Source of the DNA: Polymyxa betae A26-41
Taxonomy: Eukaryota; Protista; Endomyxa: Phytomyxea
Assembly: GCA_003693705.1 (NCBI GenBank)
Contig: RBZT01000578.1
Coordinates: 236,240-300,239, forward strand
DNA: 64,000 nucleotides
Direction: 5' to 3'
Shown here: in pieces, positions 36,483 to 48,584 of the stretch
Layout: every line of letters begins with the position of its first letter
How positions within the stretch are numbered: the first letter of the stretch is position 1
Made by a program: the position numbers and the translations under genes
Notes under the pieces: model-generated
What the model was told of the DNA's origin: nothing
Database searches by the model: none
The model's input: only the letters and a program-made list of their open reading frames with translations

Positions 36483-38041
36483 TTAAGTTCTCATTGGATT
36501 TGCTCTTGGTTTTATTTGTTTTGGCTTGACCGCTGCTTTTTCTTTATGTTTTATGTCAATGTAACTTGGTTTAGTCTGTTTTTGAGGTTGCTTACTCTTC
36601 CTGAGACCGAGTTCTTTGGACTTAGTCTCTGTCTGTTGTTCTCCACTACCTTCGTGGTCCGATAATTCAATCCCAGACTGCTTCAGCAAAGCGCATAATT
36701 GAGCGGCTCGCCGCAACTGTTTCTGGATCGTTCTGTAGAAATATTAACGGATTCACATAGATCGTTGGTTAAATGTTGTACGTTTGTAAGTCGTTTAGCT
36801 CAAAGCTTTGCTCTAGTAACTGCTTTTCAGTTCGTGTTCTAGCTTCTTGAAGCTGAAGCAGATACTGTTGCTCTTTTTTCGACTTGCTTACACACTCCCT
36901 AACCACAAAGTTAAGATTCTTTCTAGAGCGAATACAGGCATGGTCTCTCACAGCCGTGACTGGTTCAATTCTTCCCGAACCATGCTGAGCTCAGATTGTA
37001 AGACAACTATCTTTTGATTCGAGTTTTGCATGAGCTCGTCATGCCGACTGTCAATATTTCAATGGGCATTCATGTGGTCAGTAAACTTACTAACCGTTTG
37101 ACTTGAGCCAGCTCATTGTCATGCTGTTCGCGAGCGTGAGCATCAGAAAGGGCTCTAGATTGTAATTCTAATGCTAATTTCTGGCTCACCAAGCTAAGCT
37201 CGCTTTCAAGATGAGTATTCCTTGCCAAAGCATTGTCACTAAATGAAAGATGAGAGACAATGACAATTTCAAGCTTGGCCATGTACCGTTCTTTAACAGC
37301 ATCAGATAAGTGTAAATTCTGTATCCCTAAAATCGCCTCGTGACGTTTTGTGAGAGTTTCCACTTCAAATTTATGGTCGCTCTAGAAATCGTCAGCAGAC
37401 TGTTCTTTCGGCAACTGAAAGCTTACTGTGGCGTGCTCAATTTGATGTTCTGATTCGTCCTTTTCTCGCAGCAGCAAATCATGGAGGAACTCAATCTCAC
37501 TCTCTCTATCTGTGACAGTTTTGGATAATTTAGCAACTTCGTCTGGGTATTGCAGTTCAGAGTTTGTCAAAGACTTGATGGTTTCCTTCAATGACGCCAT
37601 CGCTTGTTCTAAAGACTGTATGTAATCGTCTGTTTCCGTTTGAATCATTGCTTCACATTGATTCGCAATGCTGAGCTCAGTTTGCATTGCACTATCAAGT
37701 CGCGTAACTATCCACTTCGACAACTCAGTTTTTGCTTGGTTTCTCTCTTCTTCGGTTTCAGCTAATCTGATTTCTAAGGCCTTGAACTTGCTTGATTCAG
37801 CAGCTAATTGAGCGCTGTATTGTCGCTTTAAGAATTCCAAAGTGACTTCATTGGCTGATTGGATCTTCAATTTCTGTTCACGCAAATCGTTTTCATATTG
37901 CAGCTTCAGATCCCGTAGCTCGCTTTCGTGTTTCAGCTGCAACTCGTTATTTGCATTATCGCGACGTCGAAGCTCTTGTCTAAACCAAAACATCATTTCT
38001 TCTTTGACTAGCTGTGCTTGAGGGGAACCATCTCCAGCCAT
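36483..38041 (-). CDS. Coiled-coil protein, multi-exon, unknown function
   Basis: Consecutive heptad-rich minus-strand ORFs (37382-38041, 37070-37363, 36769-36951, 36483-36716) separated by about 50-nt introns. Confidence 0.75.
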
Positions 38042-38693
38042 GACACCGATGCAACAAAAACCAGCGTTATGGCAACAGCACTCAAGTACTCAGTTCGATC
38101 CATTTTATGAATTCCTACATAGGAGCGGCATGACCTGCTTAGCTCATTTTGCATTAATTTCTTAGAAAAAATGCATATCAAAAGTCGATCTTCCCTTTCC
38201 TGGAAATTACATCATACTGGAATTTTGGCTTTACATAGACCTGCAGGCACGATGATACTGTTTTGGAGTTTTAACGAATCTTTAACTGTAATTTGCATGA
38301 AGTAAAAAGCAGGTCGACAGCAAGGTCAATCTAATGATACAAAAAGGTGAATGATTTTCTGGCTGCGATTTGCAACAAAACTGCGATCATCGTCGTTGGC
38401 GAAACGCCGCTGGCCGCACCTGGATCCCCCTCATCATCTGGCAGTGTGATCAAGTGCCGGTGCGACTGCGATTGACGTGCATTGCTTGCTCTGGGGACCG
38501 AATAGTTGTCGACTGGTCACCGCAAGTCCGGCGACGCTTACTGCTGATGCCCGTTAAGTAGGTGGTATAGTGGAGATTGGCGCCGCGCCGACTCAGGCGC
38601 CAGATTTAAACTTGAACGCAGTTTTGGAGGGTGACGCTCTCTAACACGTCATTTCTCTAAAGCTCTGTCGAATTTAAACATCAGAGTGACAAG

Positions 38694-40683
38694 ATGGGTT
38701 TCGTCAGCGAGTTTTTGGAGCGATTGTTCAATACGGCCATGAATCTGACGACGCAGTTGGGTGTCAATGACAAGTTCGTCGAGCTCCTAACCGAGTACCG
38801 AGGATGGATCGTGCTGTTTTTCGTCTTGCCTATAAGCTTCCTCGTTGACACAGTGATCTCTATCAAATGCCGATTCGACGTACTTATAAACGCTTTTTAT
38901 GGCGATTCCCATGACGAGAAAGTTCGATACGTTCAGATGCAAGTTAGGGAATGGAACGAGCACGAAAAAGGAAAATCGCTGATGTGCACTGCGCGAAAGC
39001 CGTTCTTGACGATGTCGACCAGAACCGCCGATTTCAAAAAAAACTGTGCAAAAATCGAAATCTTTCTCGATCAGATTCTCGAGATTGATGAAACGACGAT
39101 GACAATCAGAACTGAGCCGCTGGTGAACATGGGCCAGATGACAAAATGTTTACTCCCGAAAGGGCTGGCGTTAGCTGTTCAAGTTGAGATGGAAGACCTC
39201 ACGATCGGTGGCCTTACAATGGGATTGGGTAAATTGTTGGCTTGAGGAATTCATTCAATTGATGCTTTTCTAGGAATGGAGACGTCTTCTCATCGTCTTG
39301 GTCTGATTCATGAGACTGTCGTAGCCTTTGAAATAGTGCTCTCGTCAGGCGAATTGATCAAAGTAACCCGTGATAACGAGCATCAAGAGTTGTTCAAAGT
39401 CCTTCCGTTCTCGCAAGGGTCTTTAGGCTTCCTTGTCGCGGTCACCCTAGAGATTGTTCACATCAAGCCATATGTTCGTGTCGAATATATTCCATGCCAT
39501 TCCATGCTGGGATATATCGAAGGAGTATTGAATTATTCTCCAGATCTGAGTCCCACAACTGATTTCAAATCAGATGAAAGAGCTTTCGTCATCCAAAAAA
39601 ACTCCTTTCTTCTTGGAAGCGACTGTTTATAGCAAAGATACAGCCGTCATTCAATGTGGCGAATTTTTTGATGTGGTGAAACGTGAAGACAAAAACAAAA
39701 TCAATAAGATCAACTTATGGTCATCCAAATTTGCAGTTTATCATTTGCCGAAAGATCTCATCGTTGCTGCAGGTATAAACCGTGGTACTACAAGCACGTT
39801 GAACGGGCTCTAAGCGATTTGGGACAGTTTCACGAATACATCCCTACAAGCCATTACTATCACAGATGTAACGATCGTGTTGCTGTTTGTTTTTGTTGTT
39901 TATCTACTTGTTTTCAGATACACGATCCATATTCTGGGAACTGGAAGATATGATCCCGTTTGGTAATCATCCATTATACCGATTTTTTTTCGGATGGCTT
40001 GGTGCTCCTAAAGTGAGATGTTCTCGGATTGAATGCTGAATGTCATTCAGCGGTTTTAGGTCTCGCTTCTGAAGGCATCAATGACACCAGCCATTCGTCA
40101 AGAGGTGCTTTATAAGCATGTGGTGCAAGATATTATCATTCCCATCAAACATATGGAGGAAGGAATGGAACTCTTCCATAAAGAATTCTGTATTTATCCC
40201 ATACTTGGTAAACTTTTTATGGGAGGCCTGTGCGCTAACTGACATGGATTTAAGTGTTTCCCATTCGAATCTACAAAAATGATGGAGGCTTCTTACGCAC
40301 CCCCAAGAATTTTCAAAAAGGTCAGGACCATGAAATGTTCGTTGACCTTGGGGCATACGGTGTGCCGTTAAAAGTAAAAGAGAAAAAGGTACGTTTGCGT
40401 TTCTGATCTGATGCCTGCAAAATCTCACCATACGAGACAGAAATGGGATGCGATTAGCTCTCTCCGGAAAATGGAAGCATTTACTCGTAAAGTTGGTGGA
40501 TATCAGTGCTTATACGCCGACACGCTGATGACTCGGGAGGAATTTCGTCAAATGTTCGATCATACCCTCTATGACCAGATGCGAGAGAAATACCAGGCTG
40601 TTGGTGCATTCCCCGAACTGTACGACAAGATTGTACCTGAACGTCATTTGTTCGAGTCCAAAAAATCTAAGTTGATTCCGTGA
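38694..40683 (+). CDS. DHCR24: Delta(24)-sterol reductase (DHCR24/DWF1)
   Basis: HDEKVRYVQMQV, MCTARKP, EPLVNMGQ, DLTIGGLTMGLGMETSSH, WYKPWYYKHV, HVVQDIIIP, FVDLGAYG, GYQCLYAD, FPELYDKI. Confidence 0.96.
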
Positions 40684-40854
40684 CTGCGACATCTATAGTG
40701 TAGTTCAATGGATAAACAAAGCCAGTTTCCAGCTGTGTTGACGTAACTTGTGGTTTTCCGATACCTGATTCTAAATGAGTCATGCCCGCCGTTTCTTTTG
40801 AAGAGGAGAGAGGAGCGCATAATGGCTCATAGTTAGTTTATCAGTTCCTAACTT

Positions 40855-41355
40855 ATGTCCAACTCGGGGAATACGTTCCTTGATATTGCTCAAGCTATCC
40901 GAAAGCACATTGAGCTCAACCTCGGGAATTTGAAAGAGATAAACAATGAGATAAATTCCAACGAGAGGCACATGGAGTGGGTCCTTCCTAGCAAAGAATA
41001 CCGAGACGTTTTTATTCGCTTTCTTGACGAGCCTCCTTTAGAACATTCTCTGGTTGTCATTGTACAATCCAGATTTCGTGTTCCTCCAGCTCAATTCCGA
41101 AATATCGCGGTCCTCATCAATATTTTAAACATGAATTGTGATTATGGATCTTTTCGGCTGAACTATAAAACTGGTCTGGTCTCATTCGTGGCTTCTGGAT
41201 TCCACAAAGGATGCGACACAAAAGCAATGGCAGTTCGCTTTATCAAGTAAGTGAAATTACCGCTAACGGTTGTTCTCTGCTAAAACATGGCCAGGGAGGC
41301 TGATTGCAACTTGAACAAAATTGTTGACATTTGTGTTTTAAGCTCCCAAAGTTGA
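40855..41355 (+). CDS. Single-domain YbjN/T3SS-chaperone-like protein
   Basis: FRVPPAQFRNIAVLINILNMNCDYGSFRLNYKTGLVSF; GTAAGT intron near 41247, last exon KEADCNLNKIVDICVLSSQS*. Confidence 0.7.
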
Positions 41356-41484
41356 ATTCTTCCAGTTATCAATAAAGGATACTTAAAATGTGCTGTAGAA
41401 TAAAAAACTAAGATTGAAAATGTCTACGTTATTAGATTCCGTAGAAACGAAATCCAATCCTATAGAAGCACTGAGAGAACAAAT

Positions 41485-44400
41485 TTATACATTTGTATTA
41501 TATTCAGATAAATAAGATAACCTGAGAAGAGTTGACGATGTGGAACATGATGACAACGCAGCTCGAAGGGCGATGGGTGCAGCACGTGAGCGCTGCATTG
41601 CAACCAGAACTTGACAAGCATATTGGGATAAGGGGTGGTTTCGGAAGAAATAGTCAGCATGCCGGGCGAAGCCACAATTCAGAGAATCTATACCGACACC
41701 AGAGCTTGCACAAACTGCCAAAATCTCTAACACCGTACAAGGGAATCTCAATTCGAGCTGATCGCAAGTAGAGATACGAATTAGGGCGTCAACAAGAACA
41801 TCAGATGTACGATCCGAGATGACCCGGATTACGTTAAGTAGTTCCTCCAGATTGACAAAATTTTTAGCGTCTAGCATTTCGCATAGACAGCGTACGAGAG
41901 CGGAATCATCCAGAACAGTGACGACAACCTTGGCAGCTTTCCAGAACACAGGAAGCAGTAAAGATGTGGATGACGATATGAGGACAACCATGTCTTCAGC
42001 AAATTCTCGTACGAATTCCTCTCGATCGACCAGCAATTCAGGAAGAATATCAATCAGCTCACATGCAGAATCATCGTGCAATAGAAACGCGATAGCAGAG
42101 CTATCGTACTGGACCAACCTTCGGTTGGAGCGAAATTCGTCAAGCCAGTTTCGCTTGTGCATAGAAGGTCCTAGAGTATCCAAAATGAGCTGCTCAGACT
42201 GTGGATTGACTTCAGCCCGTTGGAGAAGCCAGTCAACAGGTTTTGAATTTAAGTTATACAGAGCTCCCACATGGTTATATGATCGGTTACCAACTATGAT
42301 TAGGACTGCCGGAAGTTGAGATAGGTCCGGATCACTACATTTCATTGCATTAATAAGGGCAGAAAAAGATGGCTGGACATCGCCATAGAGCCCAAAAACA
42401 GAAAGTAAACCGTCCCATAACGTCTTCATAATGCGACAGTACCCGTCTGGATAGCGTATCAGCTGATATGCAAGTCCAGAAGCTAGACAAGCCAAACTTG
42501 TCGGAGCAGTTAGACATGAAATCAGACGAACGAAATGTTTAGGCGCAGCCGAAAGCAACGTCGCGATAACGCGAGCACATTTCAACCCGAAGATTTGCGC
42601 TGACCATTCCCAGCAGCACTCCACATCCAAATACGAACTGATCAGTGACGATAAAGAGCTCGGTGCAAACTCAGCGTAATGCAGCAGCACTTTGTCATCA
42701 AGCGACTCCAGCACCATAAACGCATCGCCACATATTTTAGCACAGTTATAAAGCGCTTGACAAGCATCAGCAATTGGTAAGGTATCAAAGGTGAGAGAGG
42801 TCATCTGGATCACATCGTCAATCTCGCCAATCTCCGTATCCATCGTATGGTTTATGGCAATCTTTTGAAGGAAGAAATCAAGCCAGATATCGGTAACCTC
42901 GTGGGTCTTTTGTCGTTCGATCTTTGCAAAAGCCATAAGAACCTGCCTCCAAAACGAAGACGGCAACAGTGATACAAATTTTTCATTGCCAGTTGCAATA
43001 AAATCTATCAGCTCACTGCAGTAGTCGCGTAATACAGAGAAAGATGATGAGGCAATCAACCCGGCAATCAGAACAGTGGGCAGCTTCACATTTTGTAGCT
43101 TCAACGTTAGAGAGCGAGGGCAAGAGGAAATCACCGATCGAAGCTGCTCAATCTGATGCAGAAATGTACTCCTTACAGACCATGGCAACAGCGAAAATTC
43201 AGGCTCTGCACCCAGTTGATCGAGACAGTGAATAAACTCGCTCAAATGATCACGGTCAAATATTTGCTGGAACTTTGGATCTGTCTTTAACAGCGATACC
43301 CACTGAGGAATCCGAGCAGCCAACATTCGGCAAACTTCCAAATAGGAATCAGACTGGAAACCAGCAATGAAAGAGCGTAGCGATAATATTGCACTAACCA
43401 GCGTCAAAGAGCATGAACAGCAAGCAAATGGGTTCTCCTTGAGTATATCAGCGCATGGCGAACTCCGTCGAATGCTTCCATGAACAATGAAATAGCGGAT
43501 GGCTTCAGTAGCAGCCGAAGCTGATCGGTCCAGCTCTTGCATTATCATCGGGTCGCTGCATAAAGCAGTGGCAATGACAGGCCAATATCCTTGGTTGATT
43601 AGCTTAAGTATATCGCTCCGTTCGACAAAAATTGCTTCTGATGACAGCTCGTCAAAACTAATTGGAACCCCATTATCCACGATGGCACAGAGGGCTAGAT
43701 CGATGGCGGCAATATATGTAGGACACGAAGCGAACTTTCGTATTACATTGCTCAGAAAGACGCGTTGATCTTGCCATCGCCGAACCATCCGGAGAACAAT
43801 TTGATACAGTATTTCTTGCACGGGGCCAAAAAAGTTCATTGCATCAGACTGATGAGGGATTTCAAAGTCGTCACATGTAATTAAGGTATAAATGCAATCG
43901 ATTTCGTCAGCTGTAACTTTTGTGTCTTCGTTCGATATTTCAATCAATCCTCGGATGATATCAATACTTCCTTTGACAGGATGTGTGGCAACATCGCCTT
44001 TTGAATAAACAAACGGGCCCAGAGAGATTTCTTGATAAAAGAGAAGGTATTCACAAAGTGATCTGATCAGAGTCGGTCTATCTAATGCATGCAGAACGCC
44101 AATTGCATATCCGATATCCTCCAGGCTGATGCACTTAATCCATCTGGCTTTTATCCAGTCAAATGCAGCACTAGAAATCATATAGGTCGCTGCTGGAAGA
44201 AACTGGTATCGGGGATGTGAAGCCTCAGCAAACAACGAGGCATACTGAATAAGAAGTTCTTGAACGTCAACAGTTTTTGAATCCCGGAGGCAAAAAAGAA
44301 TGTCGTTGGCTGCGAATTTTGCCTCAATAGAAAGCAAACACGAAGCGAACTTATGAAAGGCACCCAAAGCATCGTAACCTGCTACAGGCAAAGTCGAAAA

Positions 44401-46283
44401 TCGATGTAGAGGTTCCAAGACGGCAACCTTTGTCTCAACGACAAGGTCGCAGATCGCTTGGACAGCAGACGAGTCAAAATGAGAACGACGTAGAGTGGCC
44501 ATCACCTGAAGTTGGGCCTCGCTGGGCCATGACTCCCATTGAATGGCTCCATCATTTGTCTGTACTGTCATGAGTACATGGAGCGGCCCTGTCACCCAAG
44601 CCTCAAGCTAAAGCGGCCCTCTGCAAAGGTTCTCGCCTCGGAGCCAAACTAACGGAAACAGCGCAGCTTGTATTGTTAATCAGAAGAATCTGCCATGATT
44701 CGATTCATAGATGTCTAGGTTGAGGGTGTTACAAATCTAGGGTCTTTCGCTAGTGTTTGATTTTCCTGGAGGACGATGATAACGTTTGTAGTAAGACTTC
44801 GGCATGACGAGGCGATCCGGCATCAACCAAATGCTGGACCCAATCAGCGACTTTTTCTCCTTGCCATCTATCTCTGTTCTGGATTAGCGCATTGACAGCT
44901 TCATCAAAGAAGCGAGCTGTCAAAAGTGTGTTGACATAGGTGACCAGGAAATCGTTACCAGAATGGGGGTATACAATGACGCCACCTTCGAAATACCATT
45001 TGGCTAAATGTACAGCTTCTGTGAAACGAGAACTTTCAAGCAGAATTTCAAGACGAGCTTGAGCAACATCGAACATTTCGCGATTACATTGCTTCAGATC
45101 TTCGCTTTGTCTGGTTCCTTGCATTATGTCCGTCAGGAACTTCGAAGGCCATGGATTCAAGAATAATGATGGCAGAGCTTGAAGCAAGGGCATGCTGTCA
45201 TACTGAGAAACCCTTTTGCAATAAAAGATAATTATCTGTTGCAAGCTTGAGCGCCGAGTTGCAGGGATGACTGCCAAGTCGGTTCGAAGAATTGCGTTTA
45301 GAAGCCTCTCAGTAAGCAGCATAGAGAACTGAGTCCGCTCGCTAAATGAATTGTTGAGATTGGCAATCCCATAAGCGAATGACCTGGAGAGGGTTACCAA
45401 GATGCATATGCCCTGTTTGGGAGGATTAAAAATGCACATTCGCTTTAACCTCGAGAATCTTTACCTTGGCTAAGCCATGTGCAACAAATTTATCTGCTTT
45501 CACTAATAAAGCTTTCAACAATGCTAAGCATTGGCTTGTGCCGAAATTGCTCCCTCTGATGCCATGAAATGATCAATTTTGGAAACTGTTGAATATCAAG
45601 AAGTCCTTACGGTCTGTCGTTCACTCTGGTCAACAACATATTTGCTTCACGAGAAATAGCTTGAAATAGTGGATCTAAATCTTCTGTTTCGGGTTTTTGA
45701 GCGTTTGATTTCGATCTCAATTGCTCAAGGTCGTCATGGGCTTGGTAGCGTTGCGGCATCAGAACGTTACCTGCAATTGCAGTCGTGCATCCTAAATGAG
45801 CAGGAAGAGATAGTCTGCGGTCTACGGCCCCAGAAGGGGCAGGGTTTGAAGGTGCTTTTGCTGGCTGATGGTGCCGAGCTTTGATGACATGTAGATTTAA
45901 AGGACCTCTTTGCTGAGCCTGTCTATATGCTTAGTATCGGTTTGCAAGCCTGTTAATGTTTTACAGTTGGGGGCCTCTTGAGTGAGTGCTTCCCATTCGC
46001 TCTTTTCGAAGCTTTGGCGAGATTATCCCTGGCAGTCTTCGCTCTTCTGTTGTTAAACCAGGTTCGAACCTTCTGTGAGCATTGTTGATTTCATGTCTTG
46101 AAACCGTCAGCCAAATCAACCACTGACATGAATGCTAATCTGAAGTTCAGCAGCGATCTGCTCCATGACGGTCCTTGAGGGATAAGGCGTAGAGGCATAT
46201 ATTTCCTCGAGAGTGGATAGTTCTTCATATGATTCTTGGCAGTCTTGAGCGACCACTCCCCCGGAAACTCTTACCTCAAGCAT
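41485..46283 (-). CDS. Large protein: N-terminal homeodomain plus long alpha-helical (ARM/HEAT-like) region; start and exon joins tentative
   Basis: EELSTLEEIYASTPYPSRTVMEQIAAELQISIH/KVRTWFNNRRAK (intron 46073-46127); phase-compatible introns link to ORFs 44750-45439 and 41485-44595. Confidence 0.65.
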
Positions 46284-46586
46284 GTGGGCCAGCGATCCGA
46301 AATCGGGTATGGCTAGTCAGACACCTCTCTGAGACTTATCTGTGAGAAATGGGGCTGACAATGGAGGTCTAAGTGCGTCGCCAACTTAAAACACCATGCC
46401 AGATCAGGATCTTTACAGGCGACAGTCAGCAGCCGATGACGTAACAGCACGATTTTGTGGGGTGGTGCCGCCCCACAATTCCGACAGAGACAAGAGTGAT
46501 TGGGGTGACCCCACACCACGAACCTCAAGTCAGATCCCGGGTTAGGTTGTACTAAGACCGAAATAAGCAGTGAACGCAAAGAGGCC

Positions 46587-47265
46587 ATGATGCCTTCCTT
46601 GTCAGATTGATATCAATCGCCTGCTATCGTCCTATTTGTTGTTAGCAAGGAGCCCCCGATCTGGAGGTGGGCATCTCCGTCACATTCTCAATATAATATG
46701 ACATTAACAACACCAATAACATCCAGATAGAATATTCAATTTCTAATCCCAAAGATAGTTCCTTGCCACTTGGAGAGGACCAGCTCTGCGAGCATGTTCC
46801 ATTTTTCGATTATCTTGAACAAAATTTCGCTTGCCAAATTGGTTGGAACGCAAAGGGTCAGCAATCCTTGTTTTAAGATGTTTCGCTGGTTGTTTCTATC
46901 TTGCAAAACCTGATGGAAAACTTTGAGTGATTGAAACCGTATCGATTGTTTATTGAGCAGTCACTACGAGCTCTAAACGCCTTATTGTTCAGCTAACCGC
47001 TTGCTGTGGTCACTGTAGCCATGAATCCTGCCCTGTGGCTTTCTATTTCTCTGTATATATGAATATGTTGGCACTAAAACATAACTCAAGTCGATTCCAC
47101 TAGGCAAAACGGCCGAAGCAAATTTTCCTGCATTTTGAAACAACGGAATGCTTCTCCACGACCAGTTTAATCAGCCAGTATTATTCACTTCGGTCTCACA
47201 GCCAGCAACATAAGAAGCATTCCCCAGCTTCTATACTGGAATGTGGAAGCTGCAAAGTAGAATAG
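46587..47265 (+). CDS. Possible small multi-exon Cys/His-rich orphan gene
   Basis: Exon-like open blocks bounded by GT/AG: IEYSISNPKDSS...FACQIGWNAK, LTACCGHCSHESCPVAFYFS, AKRPKQ...ECGSCKVE*. The start is not resolved. Confidence 0.35.
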
Positions 47266-47303
47266 ATGAACAGGGATTCTATAATTTAGTTAACAGAGCA
47301 TAA

Positions 47304-47974
47304 TTACTGTAAAAGATTATCCAGTCGCTGTTGCAGGTGGTCCTTTTCTGGCTCGGCAATGGTTTCAGCGGTTGATTTAGGAACATCTGGCAGAGTCAGT
47401 ATTTCAGATTCAAGCGAAATTTCTTCCATTAGCTTTTGAACATCGTTATTAATTGATGCTTCCGGAATTGCGACTTTGCTAGACTCGAAAATTCCAGTCT
47501 GAGCCTCCAGTTGATCAAGAGCTGCACTCAACGATCCCACCGCTTGCAATCTAAGTGCATCCTGAATTTTCGAAGAGACAGTTGCAAAACTCTTCATGAA
47601 CTGATATGCATAGATTAACGAGGATATATATAAACTGCCAGGCAACGAACCTGATCTTGCAAAGCGGCAGACTTCAATCTTGAAGCAGTGACATCTAATT
47701 TTGCAGCCATCTTTAAACAGTGAATGCTTTGCTTTTGTTCTCTAATGACATTTTCGGCATGGATCTGTGCAAAGTCGTTTTGTCCCTTGGCTAGCGCCTA
47801 ATTGACTATCAATTTTATTTCAAAAAAGAAAGAGCGAATTGGAACCTTTTTGACTTTGATTCTTGCTTTGGCCGCTTCTTTCTCGCAGCGAGCAGCGTCT
47901 CTTTCGAACGATTTGCTAGCGAATTTAAGATCGATGATCTGATCCTCAATAGGCTTTCCGCCATAATTGCCCAT
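47304..47974 (-). CDS. CHMP1: ESCRT-III subunit CHMP1/Did2/Vps46 (divergent)
   Basis: DLKFASKSFERDAARCEKE, AQIHAENVIR, MAAKLDVTASRL, C-terminal MIM-like DHLQQRLDNL; 2 introns. Confidence 0.88.
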
Positions 47975-48584
47975 CAGACAATGCCGTTCGTGAAGGCGGC
48001 GGCGCACTATGCAGGTGAAGAAATCGCTCGGGGCCAGTACAAATGTACAAACTAGAGAATACTTGCAATCTTTCCAAGAACATTTTGTTTTTATTATCGA
48101 CTATCTCAAGTCATTCGTTAACTTCATGAGTACAGTCTTCATCTGTACAAACTACGTATGGGGAAATGCTCTATGAACTGTGAAGATCGACGACAACGGT
48201 GGAGATATTAGGGTTCGCAATGCGCCTCATGAAATTACAGTTTCACTGTAGAAATCAAAACAGAGAAGAACTGGTTCAAAATGTGGATGTCAACAGAAAG
48301 CAAATCCAAAACATGCATTGTGTAAAAAAGAATCCGGTTTTACGAAATCTGACGACTTTCTTAGAATTTTGCTGAAGCTATAGCGACACCGAAGGTAGAG
48401 TTTCTAACAAGCTATAGGGGAATTTCCAAGCTAAAAGATATTAAGTCGGGCGACGACGATCACTGCTTGGGGCCCGTCCCTGTATCAGTTTCCATCGAGT
48501 CCCCTCCATTGAGTACCCCGTTCGAGATCGCGCCGCCCGTCAATGATCAGCAGTTCATCATCACGTTCTGTATTTTCTTCCTGA

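Noticed and set aside
47950-47974. MG- start on CHMP1 as a novel myristoylation signal
   Set aside because: Lacks Ser/Thr at position 6, and MGN- starts occur in other protist Vps46 proteins.
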